In this document: piece by piece, positions 56,212 to 64,000 of the stretch | Layout: each line of letters starts with the position of its first letter | Numbering within the stretch: the first letter of the stretch is position 1 | From: Thermoplasmata archaeon | Lineage (GTDB): Archaea; Thermoplasmatota; Thermoplasmata; GCA-020350865 | Direction: 5' to 3' | Assembly (NCBI GenBank): GCA_020348445.1 | Contig: CP070751.1 | Location: forward strand, 2,149,186 to 2,213,185 | DNA: 64,000 nucleotides | Notes under the pieces: model-generated | Told to the model about the DNA's origin: nothing | Databases searched by the model: none | Seen by the model: only the letters and a program-made list of their open reading frames with translations | Made by a program: the position numbers and the translations under genes

Positions 56212-56384
56212 TAGAAGATGTGAAAGGTTTGGCGTTATTTAGAGGTTGGGATTGATAAATTATTTCATCACGCTATTTGAATACTTTTTTAAGTTCCCCT
56301 TTTTGGGCATTATCGCTTTTATTTACAGTTAATAGTACTCCATCACCAAAAGCTATATAACCCCCAAGAATAATCTATGAGTAT

Positions 56385-56711
56385 ATGGAAAATGAATCCA
56401 GCCAGGAACAGGAAGAAACAGACCAAGAAACTCCTGTAAAAACCGTTGATTCTGCAAAAGAGCCCAAGAAAGCAAGCACCGCCATACCTTTGATGATCAC
56501 GCTCATCGGGATATTCTGCTACTTGGGAGTGATTATACCCTCGGTCTTTGGATCCTCCAACAGATTATTTGATTATTCCATTTTTGATATACTTCTTATG
56601 GTGGGAGGAGCTGCTTTAGTGGGTTTGGGTGCATACTTCTGGTTCAGTGTTAAAGCTGAGATGCTCGAAGTTATGGAAGAAGAGGACAAGAAGTCCCTAG
56701 AGGCGGCCTGA
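56385..56711 (+). CDS. Small 2-TM membrane protein
   Basis: Two hydrophobic helices with charged termini. Confidence 0.55.
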   Translation: MENESSQEQEETDQETPVKTVDSAKEPKKASTAIPLMITLIGIFCYLGVIIPSVFGSSNRLFDYSIFDILLMVGGAALVGLGAYFWFSVKAEMLEVMEEEDKKSLEAA

Positions 56712-57824
56712 GTGGGATACCTTTTTTAAAAGACCTTTAATTTCCATCAGCTGACAAATTATACAGTGATTAATAGTGGGGGAGTCAATATCTCCAAATT
56801 TCCCACTCTTTATCATATGACATTTATGTCCAGTCTCCCAGGGACAGTTCAATTCCCCAGGTTCTAATACAGGCTTTGCCACTATTTCTTCTGCCTCCTC
56901 CAATAATGATTCCCCAAAATGTATGGCATCTTCTATTTGCCGATAAAAATCAGGGGAAATCTCATCTTCAGCTACAACAACGGAAGTGAGGGGTTCAGAA
57001 TCAGGCTCAGAAGCTGATTCTAGAATGGATGCAGAATCTATCTCAGATACCACCTTTTCCTTTGGCAATTTCGACTTCTGTTTTTTGGCTTCGACCATCA
57101 TTGGCTCTGAGACCGGCGTTCCCGATTCCATTTCGCCAGATATCCTCTTCTCCTTCACCCTTTTTTCCAATTTAGTGGCCTTGTCCACCTCTATTCTGCC
57201 TTCTCTATCATCTTTAAGTATAGCTTCATCGGATTTGATTTGGATTACCTCTCCCTCTTCTGTGAGGGTGCTTTCCAACTCCCCAGATACAGTTTTTATT
57301 TTGATGCCTTTTTCCTGCTCAGCATCATCATCTTCTATTACTTCCTCCAGTGCTGGGACACCGATACTTCCCGTGTTATTAACTTCAGATGATGATATCC
57401 GTTCTGCTTTTATATGTTCATCAATGCCCTCGATGATCTCATTTGAAAGGTTACCAACCTCAGCCACATGAATTTTTTCCTCCAGTAACTTGGAATAATC
57501 CACCTTCTGGGTGAAGATGCTCTTTTTTGCGTGCTTTGCCTTGTTGAGGACTTCCAATGCCTTGATGTCCTTATGCCATACATCCTCATCAAAGGTTTTT
57601 ACGAGTTCCACCCCTTTGGGGGTGATGGTCACCGTAAAATTACTGGGTCCCACCCATTCGATGGAGATGTAACCTTCCCTTTCAAGTGCCAATACTTCCT
57701 TTTCCAAATCACTATATCTAATACCCCTTATATTGTGGAAAAAGACCTCTCTGTCTGCTCCGGTATAGCCCCTTTTGGCTACGATTATGAGAATCTTGTT
57801 TCCCATTTCGGAAGTCATCGGCAC
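56697..57824 (-). CDS. Hypothetical protein: N-terminal wHTH-like domain, acidic disordered middle, Cys/His-rich C-terminus
   Basis: LEKEVLALEREGYISI...ITPKG; E/D/S-rich middle; CPW..GHKCH...HCIICQ. Confidence 0.6.
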   Translation of the reverse strand: MPMTSEMGNKILIIVAKRGYTGADREVFFHNIRGIRYSDLEKEVLALEREGYISIEWVGPSNFTVTITPKGVELVKTFDEDVWHKDIKALEVLNKAKHAKKSIFTQKVDYSKLLEEKIHVAEVGNLSNEIIEGIDEHIKAERISSSEVNNTGSIGVPALEEVIEDDDAEQEKGIKIKTVSGELESTLTEEGEVIQIKSDEAILKDDREGRIEVDKATKLEKRVKEKRISGEMESGTPVSEPMMVEAKKQKSKLPKEKVVSEIDSASILESASEPDSEPLTSVVVAEDEISPDFYRQIEDAIHFGESLLEEAEEIVAKPVLEPGELNCPWETGHKCHMIKSGKFGDIDSPTINHCIICQLMEIKGLLKKVSHSGRL

Positions 57825-57910
57825 CTCCCCTCATATCAATAATGTACTTTCGTATATTAGGATTTTTGCATTATAAAATCAATAAGCATAAGGAAAAAAA
57901 TCGTAAGAAA

Positions 57911-58675
57911 TTATAACTTTTTCACTTCTTTTACAATATTTGGTAGTATATCCTCAACCTTACCTTTTATAATCCAATCCGAAATAAGACCTGTTAAAAA
58001 GGTCTCTTCTAAATTGATCTCAAGCACTTTCGCACCATTCTCACCTGCCATAACAGGCATATGGGACATGGGTGAAACAACAGAAGAGGTCCCAACAACT
58101 AGCATCAATTCACATTCCCTGGCAAGGGCATAGGAGCCAAAAAGAACTTCCTGGGACAGCTGCTCTCCGAAAAGCACAACATCGGGTCTTAGGGCAAATC
58201 CGCATTCACATCTTGGAGGTATCTCTATTTGGTATCGCTCTATGGGATAGGTCTTGTTGCATTTCATACAAATTAAGGTGCGATTGCTACCGTGCAGCTC
58301 CCAAACGTTCTTGCTGCCTGCGGCCTGATGCAGGGAGTCAACGTTTCCTGTGATGATGCCAGAAAGAAGTCCCATTTCCTCCAGCTCAAAAAGGGCAATA
58401 TGCGCGGGATTTGGCTTCGCAGGTAATATGGTATCTATCATCTCTTTCAGCATTATCCATACCTTTTTGGGATCTTCCAAAAATGCAGCGACATGAGCAT
58501 ACTCGTCAGGGTTGTACTTCTCCCAAAGTCCCCCCTTTCCTCTGAAAGGTGGAATCCCGCTTGCTACAGAGATTCCCGCTCCTGTGAGGGCAATGGTGTT
58601 TTCTGACACGATGATCGCTTTTGCAGTCCTCTTTATTAATTCATCTTGGTTATTCAAGTGAGTTTCTGTGTTCAT
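57911..58675 (-). CDS. cobB: NAD-dependent deacylase (sirtuin)
   Basis: LTGAGISVASGIPPFRG..GLW, PNPAH, ITGNVDSLHQAAG, ELHG, CxxC..C.C, RPDVVLFGE, VGTS; the usual TQN motif reads TGN. Confidence 0.93.
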   Translation of the reverse strand: MNTETHLNNQDELIKRTAKAIIVSENTIALTGAGISVASGIPPFRGKGGLWEKYNPDEYAHVAAFLEDPKKVWIMLKEMIDTILPAKPNPAHIALFELEEMGLLSGIITGNVDSLHQAAGSKNVWELHGSNRTLICMKCNKTYPIERYQIEIPPRCECGFALRPDVVLFGEQLSQEVLFGSYALARECELMLVVGTSSVVSPMSHMPVMAGENGAKVLEINLEETFLTGLISDWIIKGKVEDILPNIVKEVKKL

Positions 58676-58787
58676 TATAAATCCTCTTTTGTCGTCTTAA
58701 TATAGTGATGGGGCCCCCTAGATCATAAACCCTACAAGTATTGTCTGTGCATCCTACTCAAGGTCATCTATTAAGAGTGCGAATTCC

Positions 58788-59672
58788 TCAGCTCGTCTTA
58801 GAAAAATCACTGATAAGATCGATTACGATCTCTCCTATGCGGCCCATGTTCTCGTATGTTTGGGCACCGAGATGTGGTATCAGAAGCACATTTTCAGCGC
58901 CCAGAAGTGGGGAGCCCTCTGGCGGCTCGGCATGATAGACATCAATTCCCGCGTATCTTACCTTCCCTGATTTCAGAGCCTCTGCCAGATCCCCATCAAC
59001 AATGAGTTTTCCCCGTGCTGTGTTTATTAACACGACACCATCCTTCATCTTTGCTATTGTATCCTTGTTGATAATTCCCTTTGTCTCATCTGTAATGGGA
59101 GTGTGAAGTGAGATAATATCTGATTGTGAAAGAAGCTCATTTAAGCTTACGATTTTTGCGTAATCAGATGGTTTGTCTGATTTTCTGTATGCGATCACGT
59201 TCATACCAAATGCCTGAGCCCTTTTTGCCACCTCGGTCCCAATCAACCCTATTCCTATAAGACCCAATGTCTTTTTGTAAAGCTCCTGCCCTTTTAACTG
59301 CTTTTTTATCCACTCGCCATTTTTGGTGGTATTGTGGGCCCTTACAATGTTTCTCTGAATTGCAAGCATCATTGCAAAGGCAAGCTCTGCAACTGCAATG
59401 GAAGATGCCTCGGGTGTGTTGTGAACCCTGATGCCCTTTGATTTGGCATATTCCACATCGATGTTGTCTATTCCCACACCACCTCTTATTATCATCTTAA
59501 GGTTCTTTGCCTCATCAATATATTCCTTTCTGGCCTTGGTTGCGCTTCTCACCAGAATGATATCTGCGTCCGTATACTCTTCTTTATTATCAGTGACTTC
59601 ACCAAACTTCTTCAACTTATCTGGAAGATCCTTTGAAAATGGATCCGATATTAATATCTTCATATTTTTCAC
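58788..59672 (-). CDS. serA: D-3-phosphoglycerate dehydrogenase (no ACT domain)
   Basis: VRSAT, RGGVG.DNID, AVAEL, GLIG.G.IG, SLHTP, INTARG, IDVY..EP, PHLGAQT; coupled to serC. Confidence 0.85.
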   Translation of the reverse strand: MKNMKILISDPFSKDLPDKLKKFGEVTDNKEEYTDADIILVRSATKARKEYIDEAKNLKMIIRGGVGIDNIDVEYAKSKGIRVHNTPEASSIAVAELAFAMMLAIQRNIVRAHNTTKNGEWIKKQLKGQELYKKTLGLIGIGLIGTEVAKRAQAFGMNVIAYRKSDKPSDYAKIVSLNELLSQSDIISLHTPITDETKGIINKDTIAKMKDGVVLINTARGKLIVDGDLAEALKSGKVRYAGIDVYHAEPPEGSPLLGAENVLLIPHLGAQTYENMGRIGEIVIDLISDFSKTS

Positions 59673-60760
59673 CCCTCTACCTTATTGTTTTCCTGAAATT
59701 CCTTTAAAAATTCAGCAAGTTTCTTTGCCCCCTCAACTGGCATTGCATTGTACATCGAGGCCCTCATGCCTCCAACTGACCTGTGGCCTTTAAGCCCGGT
59801 CAATCCCTGGGCTTTTGCCTCCTCTATGCACTTTGCACCCAGCTCATCTGAAGGCAGCCTGAATGTCACGTTCATCAAGGAGCGCGAATCCAATTCGGCA
59901 TGGCCTTTATAGTAACCATCTGATTCATCAATTACCTTGTAGATCGCCTCAGCCTTCTGTTTGTTCCGATTCTCAGCACCTTCAATTCCACCGTTTTCCT
60001 TGAGCCATTCCATAACCAGCTTGCATATGTATATTGGGAAACACGGAGGTGTGTTAAAGAGCGAATCTTTTTCGGCATGGGTCTTGTACTTGAGCATAGT
60101 GGGGAGCTCATCAGGGCCACTTTCAATAAGATCCTCTCTTATGATCACGGCTGTAACTCCAGAAGGGCCCATGTTCTTTTGAGCTCCAGCATATATCAGG
60201 CCAAATTTCCCCACATCTATTTTTCTGGCCATGATATCAGAGGACATATCTGTAATCAGTGGGACATCGCCTGTATCAGGATAAGTTAGCCATTGGGTTC
60301 CGAAGATCGTATTGTTGGAAGTTATATGCACATAAGATGCGCCCTGGCTGAATTTTATGTCCCTTGGAATATACGAGAAATTCTTGTCTTCTGAGGACGC
60401 AACGACGTTCACATTGCCAAGAAGCTTAGCCTCCTTTATTGCTTTCTTTGACCACGTTCCTGTATTTACATAGTCGGCACCTTGTTCAGATTTCATCAGG
60501 TTCTTGGGAATCATAAAAAACTGTGTTGATGCGCCTCCCGTAAGCCATAGGACCTTGTAGTTGTCTGGTATTCCGTAGACCTCTTTCATTAGTGAAGAAG
60601 CCTCTTTTATCACGTCATCAAATTCCTTTGCCCTGTGGCTTGTTTCCATAATTGATATGCCTGTGCCCTTGTAATCCAAAAGCTCGCTTTGTGCTTTCTC
60701 TAAAACCGGCAATGGTAATGTGGCCGGCCCAGCATTGAAATTATACACTCTCTTCACCAA
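59669..60760 (-). CDS. serC: Phosphoserine aminotransferase
   Basis: YNFNAGPA.LP, METSHR, GGASTQF, TGTWS.KA, NNTIFG, DMSS, YAGAQKN.GPSG, NTPP, GHRSVGG.RAS.YNA. Confidence 0.96.
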   Translation of the reverse strand: MVKRVYNFNAGPATLPLPVLEKAQSELLDYKGTGISIMETSHRAKEFDDVIKEASSLMKEVYGIPDNYKVLWLTGGASTQFFMIPKNLMKSEQGADYVNTGTWSKKAIKEAKLLGNVNVVASSEDKNFSYIPRDIKFSQGASYVHITSNNTIFGTQWLTYPDTGDVPLITDMSSDIMARKIDVGKFGLIYAGAQKNMGPSGVTAVIIREDLIESGPDELPTMLKYKTHAEKDSLFNTPPCFPIYICKLVMEWLKENGGIEGAENRNKQKAEAIYKVIDESDGYYKGHAELDSRSLMNVTFRLPSDELGAKCIEEAKAQGLTGLKGHRSVGGMRASMYNAMPVEGAKKLAEFLKEFQENNKVEG

Positions 60761-60875
60761 ATTTTCAACCTCCTATTTCGTTTTCTTACTCTCCCTTTTT
60801 TATTTCTCTTTCACCGAGTATTTATCTCTCGGTTTTCTACCTCCACCCGACCAAGAGGGAAAGCCCCTTGATCAT

Positions 60876-62228
60876 TTACAGTTTGTTTATCACGAACCCC
60901 GTATATACCTTGGGATAGAAAAAGGTTGACTTCTGTGGCATTGTCTCGTGATTGGTTGCCACGTCCTCAACCTCCTTAACCTTGGTGGGGTTCATGAAGA
61001 ATACGGCCTGGTAGCCTTTTTCGTTGACCTTGTACACTGACTCCGCAACGGCATCACCAATGGCCTTGATGTACTCCACGTACGAACCGCCCTCTATTGT
61101 TCCGCTGGCCACCTTTTCCTTGGTGATACCTAGGATGTCCTCTAGTATAAACTTGTGAAGTATGGTCACATCCAGGTTTTTCCAGGCCTCTGAATGATCC
61201 TGAATTTCATCCATTTTATTTACGTTTTCAAGAACCATTGAATAATATTTGCCATCATTGCAGTACAGTCCTAGGGCATGTTTTCCCTCGGTAAAATGCT
61301 CGTTTAATCTTTTGAACATGGCTTGCTGTGCTTCCTTATCAGATCCTGGTTCATATGGAAATTCCTCTATTGCAAAATCCTCAGAAAGATCAGAAATCAA
61401 TTTCCCGCATTCAAAATTCTCAACACCCTGAATTAGCCTGTGTGTGGGCAGAATCACAAGTCCCTTGTTCATTGTATTTACAAAGGCCAACATCCTGTAT
61501 TGGGCTGAGGTAAAATCAGGATTTTCCTGGCTGTATCTGAGCGCGGTTTTGTAACGGTGATGACCGTCTGCTATAATTATGTATTTTTTCTCCATGACAT
61601 CCTGGATATTCTTGATTTCATTTTCATCATCTATGGCCCAAAGCCTGTGGGTGATATTATCATCATCTGCAACCTCCATGAGAGGAGGTTCATTCATTTT
61701 GTTCTCCATTATGGAATCGATTGTCATTGCTTCGTCTGAATAAATCGAGAATATCAGGCCGAAATTGGCCTTTGTGGCTGAAAGACAATTGAGCCTATCC
61801 TCGATGTCCTTGGGAAGTGTCTCCTCGTGCTGATGGACCCCATTACACACTCCGCCTTCCCCTGTGGTCGCACACATATTCTCAAGCTCAATGAGGGCGA
61901 TAAAGCCAGATCGTGTCATCTTCTTTTTCGCAACCTCGAAGTCCTGGGCAAGAACATATATCGATGGTTTTTCCTCCTTCTTAAGTGCCCCCGATCCGAT
62001 CCAGGTACCAAGTAATTTTGAGGCACGAATGTACTCATTGTTTTCCCTCGTGTCGCTTTCGAATTTCTCACCTTTTATCAAATGTGCCACATTGTATTGA
62101 GAACCTTCATGAAGTTTCTTTTGCAGTTCTTTGTTTATGACATCGTAAGGGGGAGAGACAACGAGCTTGAAATCACCTACCGTATTTTTATCGTATCTGT
62201 ACCCTTGAAACGGAGCAACTTTTACCAT
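60876..62228 (-). CDS. DUF1015 family protein
   Basis: PFQG.RY, SPPYDVI, HEET, IADGHHRY.TA, ILPTHR, MPQKSTFFYPK...G.VI. Confidence 0.9.
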   Translation of the reverse strand: MVKVAPFQGYRYDKNTVGDFKLVVSPPYDVINKELQKKLHEGSQYNVAHLIKGEKFESDTRENNEYIRASKLLGTWIGSGALKKEEKPSIYVLAQDFEVAKKKMTRSGFIALIELENMCATTGEGGVCNGVHQHEETLPKDIEDRLNCLSATKANFGLIFSIYSDEAMTIDSIMENKMNEPPLMEVADDDNITHRLWAIDDENEIKNIQDVMEKKYIIIADGHHRYKTALRYSQENPDFTSAQYRMLAFVNTMNKGLVILPTHRLIQGVENFECGKLISDLSEDFAIEEFPYEPGSDKEAQQAMFKRLNEHFTEGKHALGLYCNDGKYYSMVLENVNKMDEIQDHSEAWKNLDVTILHKFILEDILGITKEKVASGTIEGGSYVEYIKAIGDAVAESVYKVNEKGYQAVFFMNPTKVKEVEDVATNHETMPQKSTFFYPKVYTGFVINKL

Positions 62229-62295
62229 GGAGGGCCGATAATGAAATCTGTGGATAAATAATTTATGATATTTTCTGTGTTATTAAGAAGAAATA

Positions 62296-63750
62296 TCACC
62301 GTTTCCTAAAAGGCACAGCCAACAGGGTCAGCACAGGGAATATCTCCAGTCTTCCCACCCACATTTCAATTATCAAAACCACCTTCAGATGACCGGGCAT
62401 CGCAGCGTTGGTGATGCCCGTACTTAACCCAACATTCCCCTCAGCAGAGGCAACCTCAAAGAGGGAATCTGCTGCAGTGTAGGTCTCTGGCCCGTTTGCA
62501 CCATAAAAACCTTCTGGTGCCTGGGTTGCCATGAAAACCAGGGCTCCAAGACAGAGCACCAAGATGTAAAGAATTGAGTAAAGAGTCGCAATACGGATTT
62601 CTTCCACAGGATAGGTGTTTCTTCCGATTTTAAATGGGATTACAGCTTTTCTGGAGTACAGGAACTTCTTAACAACCCATGCCACTGCGTAAATTATGAT
62701 GACCACCCGGATCATCTTCAATGCAGATGATGTGGAGCCGTAACCTCCTCCTAGAACCATTAAAATGCTGAGGATGAATTTGGAGAAATCATCCCATTCT
62801 CTTATGGTGGCCGTGGAAAATCCAGTTCCTGTGAGGGCAGAGGCTGTCTGGAAAAAGGAATCCAGGCCACCCAGTCTTGTCATCAGTAAAATGCTAGCAA
62901 GGAATATAATCAGAAGGATGGCCTTGACCTCGATTGTGAAGAATTCCTTGAAATTTCTTTTCAAAAGGTGCCTGTGGGAAGCAAAGGATATCCCACCTAA
63001 AATCATGAACGGAATGATGAAGGTCGCGATGTAACCAGGGTACGCCGCAATGCTGTCGTTGGTCACAGCAAAACCACCTGTAGCAAGGCATGTCATACTG
63101 ACGTTAACTGCGTCAAAGGTTTTGCCCACACCCATGAGAGCAATGAGGCCGATTATACACAAAACTGTGTACAATATATAAATTCCCCATATTCTTCTTG
63201 CCGTGCTTACGATGTTGGTGGCGATTCTATCGGTCCTTCCCTCTGCTTTATAAAGCTTTGCAGCAATTCCCGAGCTTCGAATCAAAATGGATAGAAACAG
63301 CACGATGACCCCAACTCCTCCGATCCACTGTGTAAAAGATCGCCAGAATAATATGGCCCGCGGGAGGGATTCCACATCAGAGAACATGGTGAGTCCAGTT
63401 GCTGTAAATCCTGACATGGACTCAAAAAAGCCGTCCAGACCGGAGAGATATCCAGATAATGAGAAGGGCAGAGAGCCTACAAAGGTCAAAAGTAGCCAAC
63501 CAAATGCGGCTATACTCAGAGCCTCATCATAACCCAGTCTGGAAGGTTTCCCAAGGAGGATCATCGATAGAAAACCCAAAATCAATGAGAGACCACCCAC
63601 AGAAAAGAAGATTACACTCAGGTCATAATCAGAGTCCACATATGCCAAGAGGCCTGGGAGAAACAGGGCCATGCCCTCTATAACTAGTAGTACAGAGGAA
63701 TAATACCAAATCTTTCCGAATTTAGTCTCACCAAGACCCAACGCCTTCAC
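62296..63750 (-). CDS. trkH: Trk potassium uptake membrane subunit
   Basis: FESMSGFTATG, WRSFTQWIGG.G, ATGGF, TGTGFS, GGG.GST, SAEGNVG, MWVGRLEI. Confidence 0.95.
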   Translation of the reverse strand: MKALGLGETKFGKIWYYSSVLLVIEGMALFLPGLLAYVDSDYDLSVIFFSVGGLSLILGFLSMILLGKPSRLGYDEALSIAAFGWLLLTFVGSLPFSLSGYLSGLDGFFESMSGFTATGLTMFSDVESLPRAILFWRSFTQWIGGVGVIVLFLSILIRSSGIAAKLYKAEGRTDRIATNIVSTARRIWGIYILYTVLCIIGLIALMGVGKTFDAVNVSMTCLATGGFAVTNDSIAAYPGYIATFIIPFMILGGISFASHRHLLKRNFKEFFTIEVKAILLIIFLASILLMTRLGGLDSFFQTASALTGTGFSTATIREWDDFSKFILSILMVLGGGYGSTSSALKMIRVVIIIYAVAWVVKKFLYSRKAVIPFKIGRNTYPVEEIRIATLYSILYILVLCLGALVFMATQAPEGFYGANGPETYTAADSLFEVASAEGNVGLSTGITNAAMPGHLKVVLIIEMWVGRLEIFPVLTLLAVPFRKR

Positions 63751-63840
63751 TTCCCATCCATATTCTCAAACTCGCCTCACAAAGCCAAAATAGGCTAGTT
63801 ATATAATAATTTTATGGGTTTTATATATGTAGAATTTACT

Positions 63841-63999
63841 TTAGAACAACTTCACCAGCTTAGGTATTGTATCAGTTCTTGCAAACACTATAAGGCTATC
63901 TCCCACGTTAACAACATCTTCGCCACCTGGAATGATAACGTTGCCGTTGCGCACTATCGCTCCCACCAGTGTGTTCTTGGGGAAATTGGTCCTTTTCAG
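63841..63999 (-). CDS. trkA: TrkA C-terminal (RCK-C) fragment, truncated by the window end
   Basis: Manual translation LKRTNFPKNTLVGAIVRNGNVIIPGGEDVVNVGDSLIVFARTDTIPKLVKLF*; upstream of trkH. Confidence 0.85.
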   Translation of the reverse strand: MKRTNFPKNTLVGAIVRNGNVIIPGGEDVVNVGDSLIVFARTDTIPKLVKLF

Positions 64000-64000
64000 C

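Overview
Archaeal chromosomal window, most likely Thermoplasmatota. This is inferred from archaeal FEN1, DnaG, Rpp21, ProRS and IleRS, a protease-less Lon-type ATPase next to dnaG, a DUF835 domain, large Ig/LVIVD/NosD surface proteins and a BHB-intron tRNA. I saw no integrase, transposase or CRISPR array. The standout is a compact eukaryote-like ubiquitin conjugation locus at about 1.3-7.9 kb. It has two E1 enzymes (one with an N-terminal Ubl-like domain), a free ubiquitin-like protein ending GG-KDE, and a Ubl(AA)-E2/UBC fusion. It also has an Rpn11-like JAMM isopeptidase anchored by a transmembrane helix to an outside Ig domain, and two paralogous 2-TM zinc-ribbon proteins bracketing the core, with no RING E3 visible. 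A second unusual unit (16.4-30.7 kb) is a probable operon: a 2737-aa Ig-repeat surface protein, a secreted vWA protein, a polytopic membrane protein fused to a Cdc48-like double AAA+ module with a SAP tail, and a small membrane protein. Also present are a tRNA-Val(UAC) with two introns, an IleRS fused to zinc fingers and DUF835, a split AASS-like saccharopine pathway, a degenerate Rab-like P-loop protein and many housekeeping genes. All domain calls are by eye from motifs; no database searches were run.
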